A stretch of 64,000 nt of DNA, from assembly GCA_951406725.2 (NCBI GenBank), contig OX597824.1, forward strand, positions 45,384,001 to 45,448,000, read 5' to 3'. Of the stretch, positions 12,624 through 24,405 are shown piece after piece. The notes beneath the pieces are model-generated. The model worked only from the letters and a program-made list of their open reading frames with translations, had not been told where the DNA came from and ran no database searches. Position numbers and translations under genes: made by a program. This stretch comes from Octopus vulgaris (lineage: Eukaryota). Positions within the stretch are counted from its first letter, which is position 1, and each line of letters begins with the position of its first letter.

Positions 12624-12816
12624 ATAAGAAAACAAGAAAATGAAAATTTTTTGGTATTATTTATTCTCCATTAAACATTTCATTTGCTAATAGGAATTAC
12701 AAAGATTTACATGTTAGATACACATGTAAATCTTTGTAATTATTAATAGCAAATGAAACACAAGTAATGGAGAATAAATAATACCAAAAATCTTCACTTT
12801 CCTGCTTTGTTATATA
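12624..12816. repeat. Imperfect hairpin with about 90-bp arms
   Basis: aattacaaagatttacatgt-tagatac-acatgtaaatctttgtaatt at the centre; ttttggtattatttattctccatta / taatggagaataaataataccaaaa further out. Confidence 0.9.
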
Positions 12817-12849
<33 letters not shown>

Positions 12850-12850
12850 T

Positions 12851-13049
12851 CAGTAGCATCTCAGTTTTCGAACAAGTCTGATCACGAAGAAATCGTGCTT
12901 TATCTCCTGTCTTTCTTATATTCATTTAATACACTATCTCAGTGTAGGAATGCCTCTGATCATGAATAAATCATGCTTTATATATATCTATATATATGAA
13001 AAACACAACTTATTCGTAATCAGAGTTGTTCGAAACCAAGGTACTACTG
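12851..13049. mobile_element. Pogo/Tigger-like MITE
   Basis: TIRs cagtagcatctcagttttcgaacaagtctgatcacgaa / ttcgtaatcagagttgttcgaaaccaaggtactactg, within (TA)n. Confidence 0.65.
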
Positions 13050-13298
13050 CATATATATATACGTATATTTATATATATACATTTTATCATGTGGAACCAT
13101 TAATCCTTACTTTTTTTTTCCTCTCTTGTTTTTCTTTGCTCTCTCTCTCCATTTTTTTTTTTATCTCAGCCCTTTCTGTCAAAGAGCATAGGCTCAAAAT
13201 GTCAAAAACTTTTCCATTCTTCCTGAGTGTCAAACTAATACACTTGTTTGTTGTTCTCTGATGTGTCTTATTTTTTTTTGCTTTCTGTAAATTTGAAC

Positions 13299-13333
<35 letters not shown>

Positions 13334-13336
<3 letters not shown>

Positions 13337-13507
13337 CAAAATAAGAAAATGGAGAAATACATCCAAATCAAATATCAATTACCAGATAATACCCAATCAC
13401 ATACTTTATTAAACCACCACATGGTGGTTTAATAAAGTATGTGATTGGGTATTATCTGGTAATTGATATTTGATTTGGATGTATTTCTCCATTTTCTTAT
13501 TTTGTAT
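13334..13507. repeat. Perfect 86-bp-arm palindrome with 2-nt loop
   Basis: 13334-13419 is the exact reverse complement of 13422-13507; centre aaaccacca-ca-tggtggttt. Confidence 0.95.
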
Positions 13508-13688
13508 TATGAATTTGTGGTAAAACATTTTACTTTTGCCCATATAATACAGTAAATGGATTAATTGCATCGCAATTCTTAACATTTATGTATTAACTTT
13601 GTTGGGTACTTCACTAGCAGTATATTGGATATATGTTATCCCATGGAGGGTTGCATTTACAACCCCTATCTCAATTTGTAACTATATA

Positions 13689-13743
<55 letters not shown>

Positions 13744-13754
13744 AAATATATATA

Positions 13755-15032
13755 TTGGGTTGTTTGGAAAGTTCATGTTGATTTATAGTAGCTTACCTTT
13801 TGACTTATTTTAGAACATGGTTGAGTCCATAAAATAGGATTTGACTACACCTCCATTTAGAGCACAGTTTAAGCTATCTTTTCGTTTATGTTTATGTTTC
13901 TATATCCTGTGTTAATTCTGTAACCCTTTAAAATGGAAGATAAGAAAGTTCATTTTTGGCACTTGATGCTTTTCTTTTTCCATAAAGGGAAAAATGCCTC
14001 ACAAGCATCCAAATAAATATGCGCAGTTTACAGTGATATTTCTTTATCTGAAAGAACTGTACGGAAGTGGTTTGCAAGGTTCTGAACTGGAGATTGTAGC
14101 CTTATTGATAAAGAGCCATCAGGCAGACCATCCACTACAGATGATGATCAAATGAAGTAATTAATTGAGAATAACCCACATTGCACAACCCGAGAATTGG
14201 TAGAAAGCCTCAATTTATCAAAATCCGTCGTTCATGCACACCTGGTAAATCTTGGGTACACAAAGTGCTACGATGTTTGGGTGCGACATGAGTTGAGTGA
14301 GAAGAACCTTTTGGATCGCATTTCCATCTGTGATTCCCTTTATAAACGGAATGAAAACGAGCCTTTTTTAAAGCAAATTGTGACAGGTGATGAGAAATGG
14401 ATTATCGACTGAAATGCTCAGGGAAAGCGATCCTGGAGTAAGCGACACGAGCCACCCTTAGCCACCTCAAAAGCTGGTCTTCACCCTAAAAATGTTTTGC
14501 TTTGTGTCTGGTGGGATTGGAAAGGAATTCTGTACTATGAGCTTCTCCCAAGTAACCAGACAATTAATTCTGAGAAATACTGCACACAATTGGACGTGTT
14601 AAAAGCAGCTGTTCAAGAGAAATGCCCAGAATTGGCCAACAGGAAGGATGTAGTTTTCCAACATGATAATGCAAGACTGTACGTTTCTTTGGGAACCAGA
14701 CAAAAATTGCTGCAGCTCGGCTGGGATGTGTTACCCCCCCCCCCCCCCCTCCATATTCACCAGATGGATTTCCACTTATTCAGGTCTCTGCAGAATAGTC
14801 TTAATGGTAAAAATTTCAATTCCTTGGATGACATAAAAAGATACCTTGACAAATTCTTTGTCATGAAACCATCTCAATTCTGGGAAGGGGATATTTTCAA
14901 GCTAAAGGAAAGATGGAAACACATTGTGCAACAAAATGGTTCATATTTGATTGATTAAAAATGTAATGGCAAGTATTTATTGACCTTTTTCTTTCCTTTA
15001 AAAAATTGGGATGAACTTTCTAGACAACCTAA
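13755..15032 (+). mobile_element. Full-length (about 1.28 kb) mariner DNA transposon, inactive
   Basis: TIRs ttgggttgtttggaaagttcat / atgaactttctagacaacctaa, TA on both sides, typical mariner length. Confidence 0.93.
13933..14958 (+). pseudogene. Mariner (DD34D) transposase pseudogene
   Basis: WVRHEL (WVPHEL-like), IVTGDEKWI, MLCVWWDWKG, FQHDNAR, DFHLFRSLQN. In-frame stops (e.g. near 14012, 14083, 14158, 14410), and the HPPYSPDL region is disrupted by a poly-C run. Confidence 0.9.
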
Positions 15033-15394
15033 TATACATATATAGTGAGAGAGTAAAGCAGAAGCAATTTTGATATTTTTATACCTTATTTTATATACAT
15101 GTTTTAATGAGATAATTACATATCTCTTCAGTACATTGGCAAAATTTGTTTTACTAATAAACTGAAGAAGTGGGTAACTTAACTCACTGAAACAAGTTTA
15201 TATACAAGTATAAAAACGTTTTCTGCTTTACTTATGTAATATAGGTCAAACTCTGTCTTTTAGCTTATCCTTAGATGTGATGATCAAATTTACATTGTAG
15301 TTGACTGTAGAGAATTGATAAATACTGAGCCCTAAATTTACTGGTGACATGCCATGCATGATATTGTGCTGATTACACACACATACATGTTTAA

Positions 15395-15600
15395 CCCTTT
15401 CGTTACCAACCCAGCTCTGGCTCTGAGTACAAATGTCTTGTTTTCATAAGTTTTGAATTAAAATCTTCCACCAGACCTTAGTCACAATTTATGTTCCTAA
15501 CACTTAATGATAACTAAGTTATTTTACTAAATTCTTTGTTATATTAAAAATAATTGAAAGAAACACAGAGCATCTCAAAATAAATACAGTAACGAAAGGG
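15395..15600. mobile_element. piggyBac-type MITE
   Basis: TTAA|ccctttcgttac ... gtaacgaaaggg|TTAA. Degenerate relatives at about 26030-26205 and 26829-27018. Confidence 0.8.
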
Positions 15601-15636
15601 TTAAACATACACACACAGACACAGAAGGAAAAGGTC

Positions 15637-15966
15637 CCCTTTGGTCATGAATGACCATGGGATTGCACTTAGAAAGTTCCTCTCTGAGGCACAAGTCCGG
15701 GCAAAGTTGTTTATAGAAGATCAGCAGTCATCCATACATACCAGCCTCCCTTCTCCATGCCACCGATGTTGTCCAGGGGAAAGGTAAAGTCCAATACAGC
15801 TTGACACTAGTGACACTGCAACTCATTTCTACAGATGAGTGAACTGAAGCAACATGAAATAAAGTGTCTTGCTCAAGAACACAACACACAGTCTGGTCCA
15901 AGAATTGAACTCACTTCTTATGATGATTGTAAGCCTGACACTCGAACCACTGAGCCATGCACTTCA
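15637..15966 (-). mobile_element. tRNA-derived SINE family B
   Basis: The minus strand starts with A-box (tggctcagtgg) and B-box (agttcaattc); about 330 bp; near-identical organisation at 39300-39624 and 44926-45257. Confidence 0.85.
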
Positions 15967-16755
15967 CACACACACACACCCACCCATATATATATATCCA
16001 TGTTTAAACTGAATTTCTTTGCCTTTATTATCATTAGGTTTACTAAGTTGTGGTGAGCAATTGTCGACTTTAAAGTCAAATGCTTCTCAGTAAAGAAACA
16101 AACAATACATTTTAGAATATGTGTTCCTCCTATTTTAACAAACAAGATAATTTGAATGGTTGTCCTTGCATACAAGCATATCTACTATATCTCTTCAGCT
16201 GAGTGATCCTAAGCTTGCATACTCATGGGTGCTGGTACCATGTAAAAAGTACCATTGCCGGTGTCATGTAAAAGTGCCCATACGGGTGGTTTGTAAAAGC
16301 ACCCAGTACATTCTGTAAAGTGGTTGGCTTTAGGAAGGACATCCAGCTGTAGAAACCATGCCAAAACAGACATGGCACCTGGGTAGCTCTTCCACTGGCT
16401 AGCTCTTGTGAAACCACCCAACCCATGCCAGCATGGAAAATGGACGTTAAATGATGAAGATGATTGATGATGATGATATATGTATGGTGAAAACCTGGTG
16501 CAAATGAAGACTGAAGAGCAGTGAGAATGAAATTAACAAAAAACACCACATTGATATAAAGATTATCACATTTTTTTTTATGTTTGATGGCATGTACAGG
16601 AAAATTCAGTTAATAATAATAATGATAATAATAATAATTTACCTTTCTTACTAAAACAAATAAATAACCAAATATTTTATATATATATATTTTTCAAATT
16701 GAGAAATTCAAATGTACCTTAGCACTTTGAGAAAGTAGTTGAAGTAGAAATTAAG

Positions 16756-16809
16756 TTAGACTGACTTTCTCAGCCTATATATATATATAGGCTGAGAAAG
16801 TCAGTCTAA
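16756..16809. repeat. Perfect 54-bp palindrome centred on (TA)7
   Basis: ttagactgactttctcagcc-(ta)7-ggctgagaaagtcagtctaa. Confidence 0.95.
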
Positions 16810-17189
16810 TATATATATATATACACACACAAACATATAGATATATTTTTATATATATATGAAATACATCCAGTATTTGTCTGGAAGACCATAGTTCAAA
16901 TGAAGACTCAATACACATTTATATCGAGTACATACTTCATTTTGATAGCAAGAGGTCCATGGAGAGGTCATCTGTTTCATGGGCCTAGTTGGTATCAGCT
17001 GGGCCTATGAAATGGGTGCTTCCTTGATAGGACCTAACACTATCAAATACATATTTTCATTCTACAAACTTGAAATTGAGTACACTCTTCTTTCTTAGTG
17101 CTAAGACATATAAAGCTCTTACTAATACTGCTATGACTACTCATACACACATGCATGCACATGTGCAAACACACATGCATGCAGAAAAA

Positions 17190-17238
<49 letters not shown>

Positions 17239-17844
17239 TTATATATATATATATATAGTGATCCTATATGCTTAAATTCTAATAATATCCAGATACAGAT
17301 ATAATGGTAGTGATGGTGGTGGTGGTGAAATCAATGGAGTCTAGAGAGTTACATTTTGTTCTTTATTTTTCAGTTTAATTTTCATTTAAATAAGACCTTT
17401 TTATTAAAGAATTCTCTGAAATAATTGAACCGAAACAAAATTATATATATGTATATGAGAAAGAAAATTTTAAGGAAGGGGTGAGTGGAAATATCAAGGA
17501 ATATACATTTAAATAAGCTTATACATAGCACATTATTATTATTCAAGTATAAATTATGTCTGTTCATCTGTTTCTAAAATAAAATAAAGTTTTTAAAAAT
17601 TTTTTATTAATTTTTTTTTTAAACAGGGTGTTATCCCAATCGATGTAAAGTTGCTTCTTTGTAGCAGATGAAACACTGACACATTTTTTTTTTTAAATAT
17701 GACATGGACAGAAATAGCAATGGTGATGTCACCAAATTTATTATCATGTCACTGAATCATTTCTGGTGACCAGATTAAAAAAAAAAACAAAACAAATCTG
17801 GTCATCATTTAATTTCAATCACAATTGACTAATATATATATATA

Positions 17845-17879
<35 letters not shown>

Positions 17880-18291
17880 GCACACACCGTGAAATATCTA
17901 TCATACTCCCAACTCTGTACATCCTGCCCCACATATTTGAATGTGGAAAAAAAAGGGGAGGGGGAACAATCCATAAAACCAACTAAACTGAAGCACCATT
18001 TTAGTCTTACAGAATATGCTCGAAAGCTGACACACATGACATTGTGGAGGCTTGACAGAAGATCTAAAATGCACAAATGTTTAATTCCTTAAAAAAACAG
18101 AAACTAAAAAGTTTAAGTGTGTATACATACATATATATATATATATACACACACACATACACTAATTTATGTTAATTTAAATGTTTTACTAAGATTATAG
18201 GTGATGGAAGAATGGAAAAGATTTCATCAATGCAGACTGTTTCGTCTCTGCCAAGTAGTTCTTTCTTTTGCTTTAAGATCAAACCAAATGG

Positions 18292-18336
<45 letters not shown>

Positions 18337-20407
18337 TTCTGTGTTTTCAGAGATTTCAATTTCTGTGTTCATCTTATTTATGCTTAACCCTTGTAGGACA
18401 AGCAGGCCAATAAGCTGGCTTGTCATTGTTGTTCTATAGAAAGACAAAAGGGTCAATATCTTAAAAAAATATATGTAATTTTCTGTCTATTGAAATTCTG
18501 ATTTTTTTTTTTTATAAACTTTCAAATAATTTATTATTTATGTATCTCATAACAATGGCTTATTTATTTTAGTTTAGAAGCATTAGTTGAATTTGTGTCT
18601 AAAACATTTAAGATCTCTGAGCTGCAGTGAACCATGGTGAACTATAGACAAATGTATTGCAATTCTCTTTCAGAAACAAATATATGATGAAACTATTATT
18701 AATAATTGCATTTAATAATATTAGTTAAAAAACAAAAAGCACCACCACCACAAGTAAACAAAAAACTGGCAACTCTGAGTTGCAAAGGGTTGACCATTTA
18801 TCATTCTGGGTCAACAAAATAAATATTAATGAAGTACTTTAATAATGGACTATAGCATTCACCATGATTCCTACTCTTGTGCCTGTGTTAGAAACCAGCA
18901 TTATAAGATGGCAGAATCATTAATACTTTGGCCAAAATGCTTAGTGACATTTCATCTGTCTTTACATTCTGAGTTCAAATTCCACTGAGGTCGAATTTAC
19001 CTTTCATCCTTTCAGGATTGATATTATAAGTATCAGTTGAATGGTGGGGGTCAATGTAAATAACTTAACCCCTCCCCTAAATTAGCTGATGTTGTGCCAA
19101 AATTTGAAACCAATAATATTATTATAAATGTTATGTAATAGTTATCCACATTCAATTATATCCTGGGATTGACTGGTTTTAATCCTTCCACAAATATCAT
19201 AAATGTAGCAGAGCTGATTCAATTAATCCCAAATTTATATTTATCAATTGAAACTAGGGGTATGAAAGATCAAGATGACTCTCACTTTGTCTAATGATGA
19301 ATAGACTGAGTGGTGAGATAGGAAATGAAATATAATTGAAACAGTTTACATAGTTGGTCATTCTACAAATCAGCAAGGACTTGCTACATTAGCACAAGGC
19401 CATAGACTTGTTTATTGAATTGACATAATTTCTACTTAATTTTAAACAACCTTACAAGGATGAAAGACAAAGCCAATGCAGGGACGATTTGAACTTAAAA
19501 CGGTAATTGGCACTCTGTTGGTTATGCTGACAAGGATCTGAGTTGATCCAATCAATGGAACAGCCTTCTTACGAACTAAATGTGCAAGTGGCTGAGCACT
19601 CGACAGACATGCACACCCGTAACATAGTTCTCAGGGAGATTCAGTGCAACACAGGCTGTCCCTTTGAAATACAGGTGGAACTCAATTTAGCCAGTTGATT
19701 GAACTGGAGCATTGTGAAAATAAAGTGTATTACTCAAGGACTCAATGTGCCACCAGGATTCAAACTCACAATTTTATGATCATGAAACAAATACTTTAAT
19801 TACCAAGTTACCTGTCTTCACTAATGGATATAACTGAATAGTATAAAGCATTTAGCCTGGCATCTACTACTTCACTCCATTTGTCATTGTATTCAAAATG
19901 TCTTTTGTCAAAAGGTATCACCTCAAAGATCCACCCCTCACCAACTGGAAGCTATGAAGCTCATACCTTTCTAGAGAGTAACAGTGGTAGTGTTAAGTGA
20001 AATGCTTTCAACTGAAACTGGGTTGTAGACTTGCTAGATTCATATTGCAAATACCCCCATAACAACAACAATAATGATGATGTTGAAGTTTAGTGAAGAG
20101 CCATAAATTTACAGGAAATGGGAATACTGATTTTATCACTTGGTACGTTTTTTTTGACCTCTGAATTGATGATAGGCAGATTTAACTCAAGTGGAATTTA
20201 ATTAACCCTTTTACTGCAAAAATCAGCTATATCCACTCAAAATTTCATAACCCTCAACAGTGGAAAGCAGTTTTATATACCAATCTATCTTTTGTTGAAG
20301 AATGTTGTGTTTGAAAGTATTTTTTCATTGGGATATGCCAAGTTTATTGAAGTAACATGACATGCAGAAATACCAATGCTGTATTTTTTGGTAGATGTTT
20401 AACATCA

Positions 20408-20475
20408 TTACTGGAATAACCATGAAATTGAATTTCATAGTTACTGGAATAACCATGAAATTGAATTTCATAGTT
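20408..20475. repeat. Perfect 33-bp tandem duplication containing a small palindrome
   Basis: ttactggaataaccatgaaattgaatttcatag x2. Confidence 0.9.
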
Positions 20476-23400
20476 GAAGGGTTATCTTTTACGAAAGATT
20501 TAATTGTGCTCAACTGCTTGGTATTTGGTGCCAATGTTAGAAATCATGATGGCATTGGTAGTTGCATCATCATCAGGACTGCTAACAGGTACAAAATCTC
20601 AAATTTTGTTGATTCCAGAAAAATGAAAAATTAAAGTTGAGCTTGGCAAGATTTGAACTTAATATGCAAAAGGATATGACTAAATACAGTAAGGCATTCA
20701 GTCCAATGCTTTAGTTATTGCTTCTGCCACATACTACCATTTCAATGTTAAAACTATATTATGAGAGGTGATGGGATCACTCAGTTAAATCAACCAACTG
20801 CAGGTCTCGGTATTGATCTAGGAAAGATGAAAGGCAAAGCTAGCCTCAGTGGGATTTGAACTCAAAATGTGTAAAGTTGCTAAGTGCTATGAGACACTCT
20901 GTTTCTACCAATCCATTGCCCTCACAATAACAGCACTAATAACAGTTTCAAATTTTGGCACAAGATCAGCAATTTTGGGGGAGGGGTAACTTGATTACAT
21001 TGACCCTAGTGTTCAACTGGTCCTAATTTTATCAACTCTGAAAGGATGAAACGCAAAACTGACCTCAGCAGAAATTGAACTCAGAATATAAAGATGGACA
21101 AAATGCCACCAAGCATTTTGTCTGGTGCTGTAATGATTCTGCTAGCTTGTCGTCTTAATATAGGCACAAAGCCTGAAATTCTAAGAGAGGGGTTACTTGA
21201 TTATTGGTATTTTATAGACCACAAAGGGATGAAAGACAAAGTTGACCTTGATAGGATTTGAACTCAGAACATAAAACACCCATAATAAATATTGCAAGGC
21301 TTTTTATCTGATGCTCTTACAATTCTGCCAATCCATTGCCTTTGTTTATAATAGGCACAAGGCTGGAAATTTTGTGTGTTTGTGTGTGTTGGGGAGAGGT
21401 TAGATGATAACATCAACCTCAGTTCTTAACTGGTACTTTATTTTATTGACTTCAGAAGGATGGAAAACTAAGTGATCTGGATTAAATTGAACTCATTTGT
21501 AACATCACCTCAAAGACCATATATTATGAAGGAGGGATCAGATGGTTCTCCTTTGCTTAATCCAATTTTATTAATTTTGGAAGAATAAAATGTAAAAACT
21601 TATCTTGACTAAATTCAAACTCAGAGCTTAACTAAATACTGCAAGGCTTTTTCGAATACCGCTCTACCATTCACCACCTCTAATCATAGTTCATGGAATA
21701 TATCAAGATCATGAGGAAAGTGTCAAAAACTACAAGAATTATTGAAATCTTACTAAGTAAGGTGTGTGAAATAACATTGTGCTATCGTTGTTGTCAATGC
21801 CACCAAATGGACAGGTTTGATATACATGTACAAACACACTCAAAGCTTTCTTTTAAAAACAGTTATAAATTAGAGAAATTGTAAATTAGAAGTTCAAATT
21901 ACTGAGAGAGAGAGAGGAGAGAGAGAGGGAGAGAAAGTAAGATGAAAGAAGTTATAAAAAAAAAGAAAAAGAAAATGCCACTTTTTCTGTAGGTCTGATT
22001 AGCTTTGGATATCACAGTGCAAGCAGCTTGAGATTTAGTTATATCATACACACATTAGTAATGTGCCCACATTCACATGAATACACAAATATATTCACAT
22101 ATTCATTCATAAGCATACACACAGGCATAAAACATTTGCATTTAGGTAAGTTAAAAAAGAAAAAAAAATGTTCATGAGTTTTTCTTTTTTAAAAACACAA
22201 TTCCAGCCATTTTTTTTTTCTGTAAATTAAGCATGGATGGAATGATTTCTCTTTATAATGAGACTCTCCAGATATATTTTTACATAACACTCAGTCACAT
22301 TTTTTAGCTTGTTGTTTGTAGGACTCCCATACTACCCAGCACTAATATAGATATTTAATTTTAAAACCATGGGAGATACAAACCAGGAATGCTTAACCAG
22401 TGAGTGTGTTTGTGTGTTTTGGGAAATGGATGTGTGAGTGTGATTAATCTTAAAAACTATGGAAATAAATATTCAGCATATTCTAATTATTATTTTTTTT
22501 CATCAAAACTTCTTTATCACTCAGTTTTTTTTACATTCACTTGAAATTGTAGGTCGCAGTTGTTCAATTACCATCAACTGTGAAATTTTGAACAAATTGT
22601 TGAAGATTTATTTATGCAATTATCTTTAACATTGGCACAATGCCACACAATTCAGAGAACAGGTTTAATGAATTTAACTGACACTAATATGTGACTAGTA
22701 CTTATCTAATCGAACCTGGAAGAACAGAAGGCAGTCAATCTAGGTTGGAATCAAATTGCAAATGTAAATGAACATAACTAAAGACCACAAAGCATTTAAT
22801 CCATTACCCCACCATTTCTGCCACTAACAACCATTTATTTATTTAATTAAAATAAATAGAAAACCAAACACAAGAAAAAAAAAATGGGGTATTGAAATAA
22901 AAATTATAAATAAAACCTACAGCTTGCAACATATATTTTACAAACATCTTCATGTGGTCCTTTATCAGAAAAATGATAATAATTTCATAAACTTCTATTA
23001 TTTTTTCTTTATATATATATATACCTTTTTTCTTTTATGCATTTCAGCCCATAGGCTGTGCCCATCCTGGGGTACCTCCAGTGTTATCACCTTTTCAATG
23101 ACTATTCTTATGCTTTTGGTGAAGGAGGGAGTTTGACATTGCTGCCCTCTTGAGTTTCTTGTTGTTATATATATATATGTATGTGTGTATGTGTACTGGG
23201 AAATTGTTTATAAGAAATCTTAAAAATAGCTGACAAAGGACTCAAAACAGCAATGTCAAATATTTACAGCTTATATTTTAGTTTGGAATAAACACACACA
23301 GATGTACACACAGCTACACATATACATTTTGTGTATATGCACATGCACACACGTCTTTTGTTGATTTGCTTGACTAAAGACGGTGCTCCAGCATGGGCGC

Positions 23401-24374
23401 AGTCAAATGACTGAAACAAATAAAAGAATATATTACATGTAAACACAAAGAACATAAAAATGTTAAACATGCTTTAATTTCACACTTGATCCCTGAAGTC
23501 CATTAATAGTTTCTTTCAACTCAAGACAAAGGGCTTGTATACTAGAAGGGAAGAAAGTCTTTACCTAGATCACTAAAAGATTTATTAAGAAACATCAAAC
23601 CAATGCCAGTTAATTCTATTTCAAGGTAAATCAAATTCTATTATGTCAAATTAAGAAATGCTATTGATAAATATAAGAAGAAATTGTATTTCAATAGATG
23701 AACAATATTGAATTTTCTACTTCTTGATTAAAGATTTATGCTTGTGTATATGTAAATTATTCTTGTCTTAGATTCATTTTTTCAATGTTAGCATGGGTTA
23801 GACAAATACATACATATTTATTGTTGGAATCAATTACTTAACATTTTGCTGACAGATATCACAGTAAGAGGAAATTAGTTTTGATAACCCTATTCTTTCT
23901 TTTAGTGGTAGCATTAGAATAACAAAAATCAAGGGAGAGGATATGAAATTTGTACTGTAGTGTACAAAAGTCTAGTTTAGATATATTATTTTTGTTATTT
24001 CTTTATAATGAAACTAAGAGTAATAAATACAATTTTCACATAATATAGTTTCTTTTTTAAAGCCCAGTAATATATTTCTGCAGGTTTTGGTTTGGAAGAC
24101 CTGTCAATTCTCAGAGTTCACCCTTTCATGATCATATTTATAATGAATAGAACGCTTATGTGTTACAATTAATTGCGATGATAAAGATTTTGGAGGGATT
24201 TAATAAAATCTCTAGGCATTATATAGTGGTATATGTGTGTATCTATATATATTCACCTTTTTATTTCCTGCTGCTCCTATGTTTATTAGTACTATATAGA
24301 TCTATATGACATGTTTCTCAGTTGTGTTATGACTTCCTTACAGCATGTCCACGTTAAGTAGGCTATACAGAATG

Positions 24375-24405
<31 letters not shown>

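Noticed and set aside
15900-15966. tRNA-like A and B boxes
   Set aside because: Head of a multi-copy SINE, not a foldable tRNA gene.
18218-18252. Minus-strand GAAAC-A-GUC...UUGAUGA hammerhead-like words
   Set aside because: The boxes cannot be joined by plausible stems I-III; chance match.
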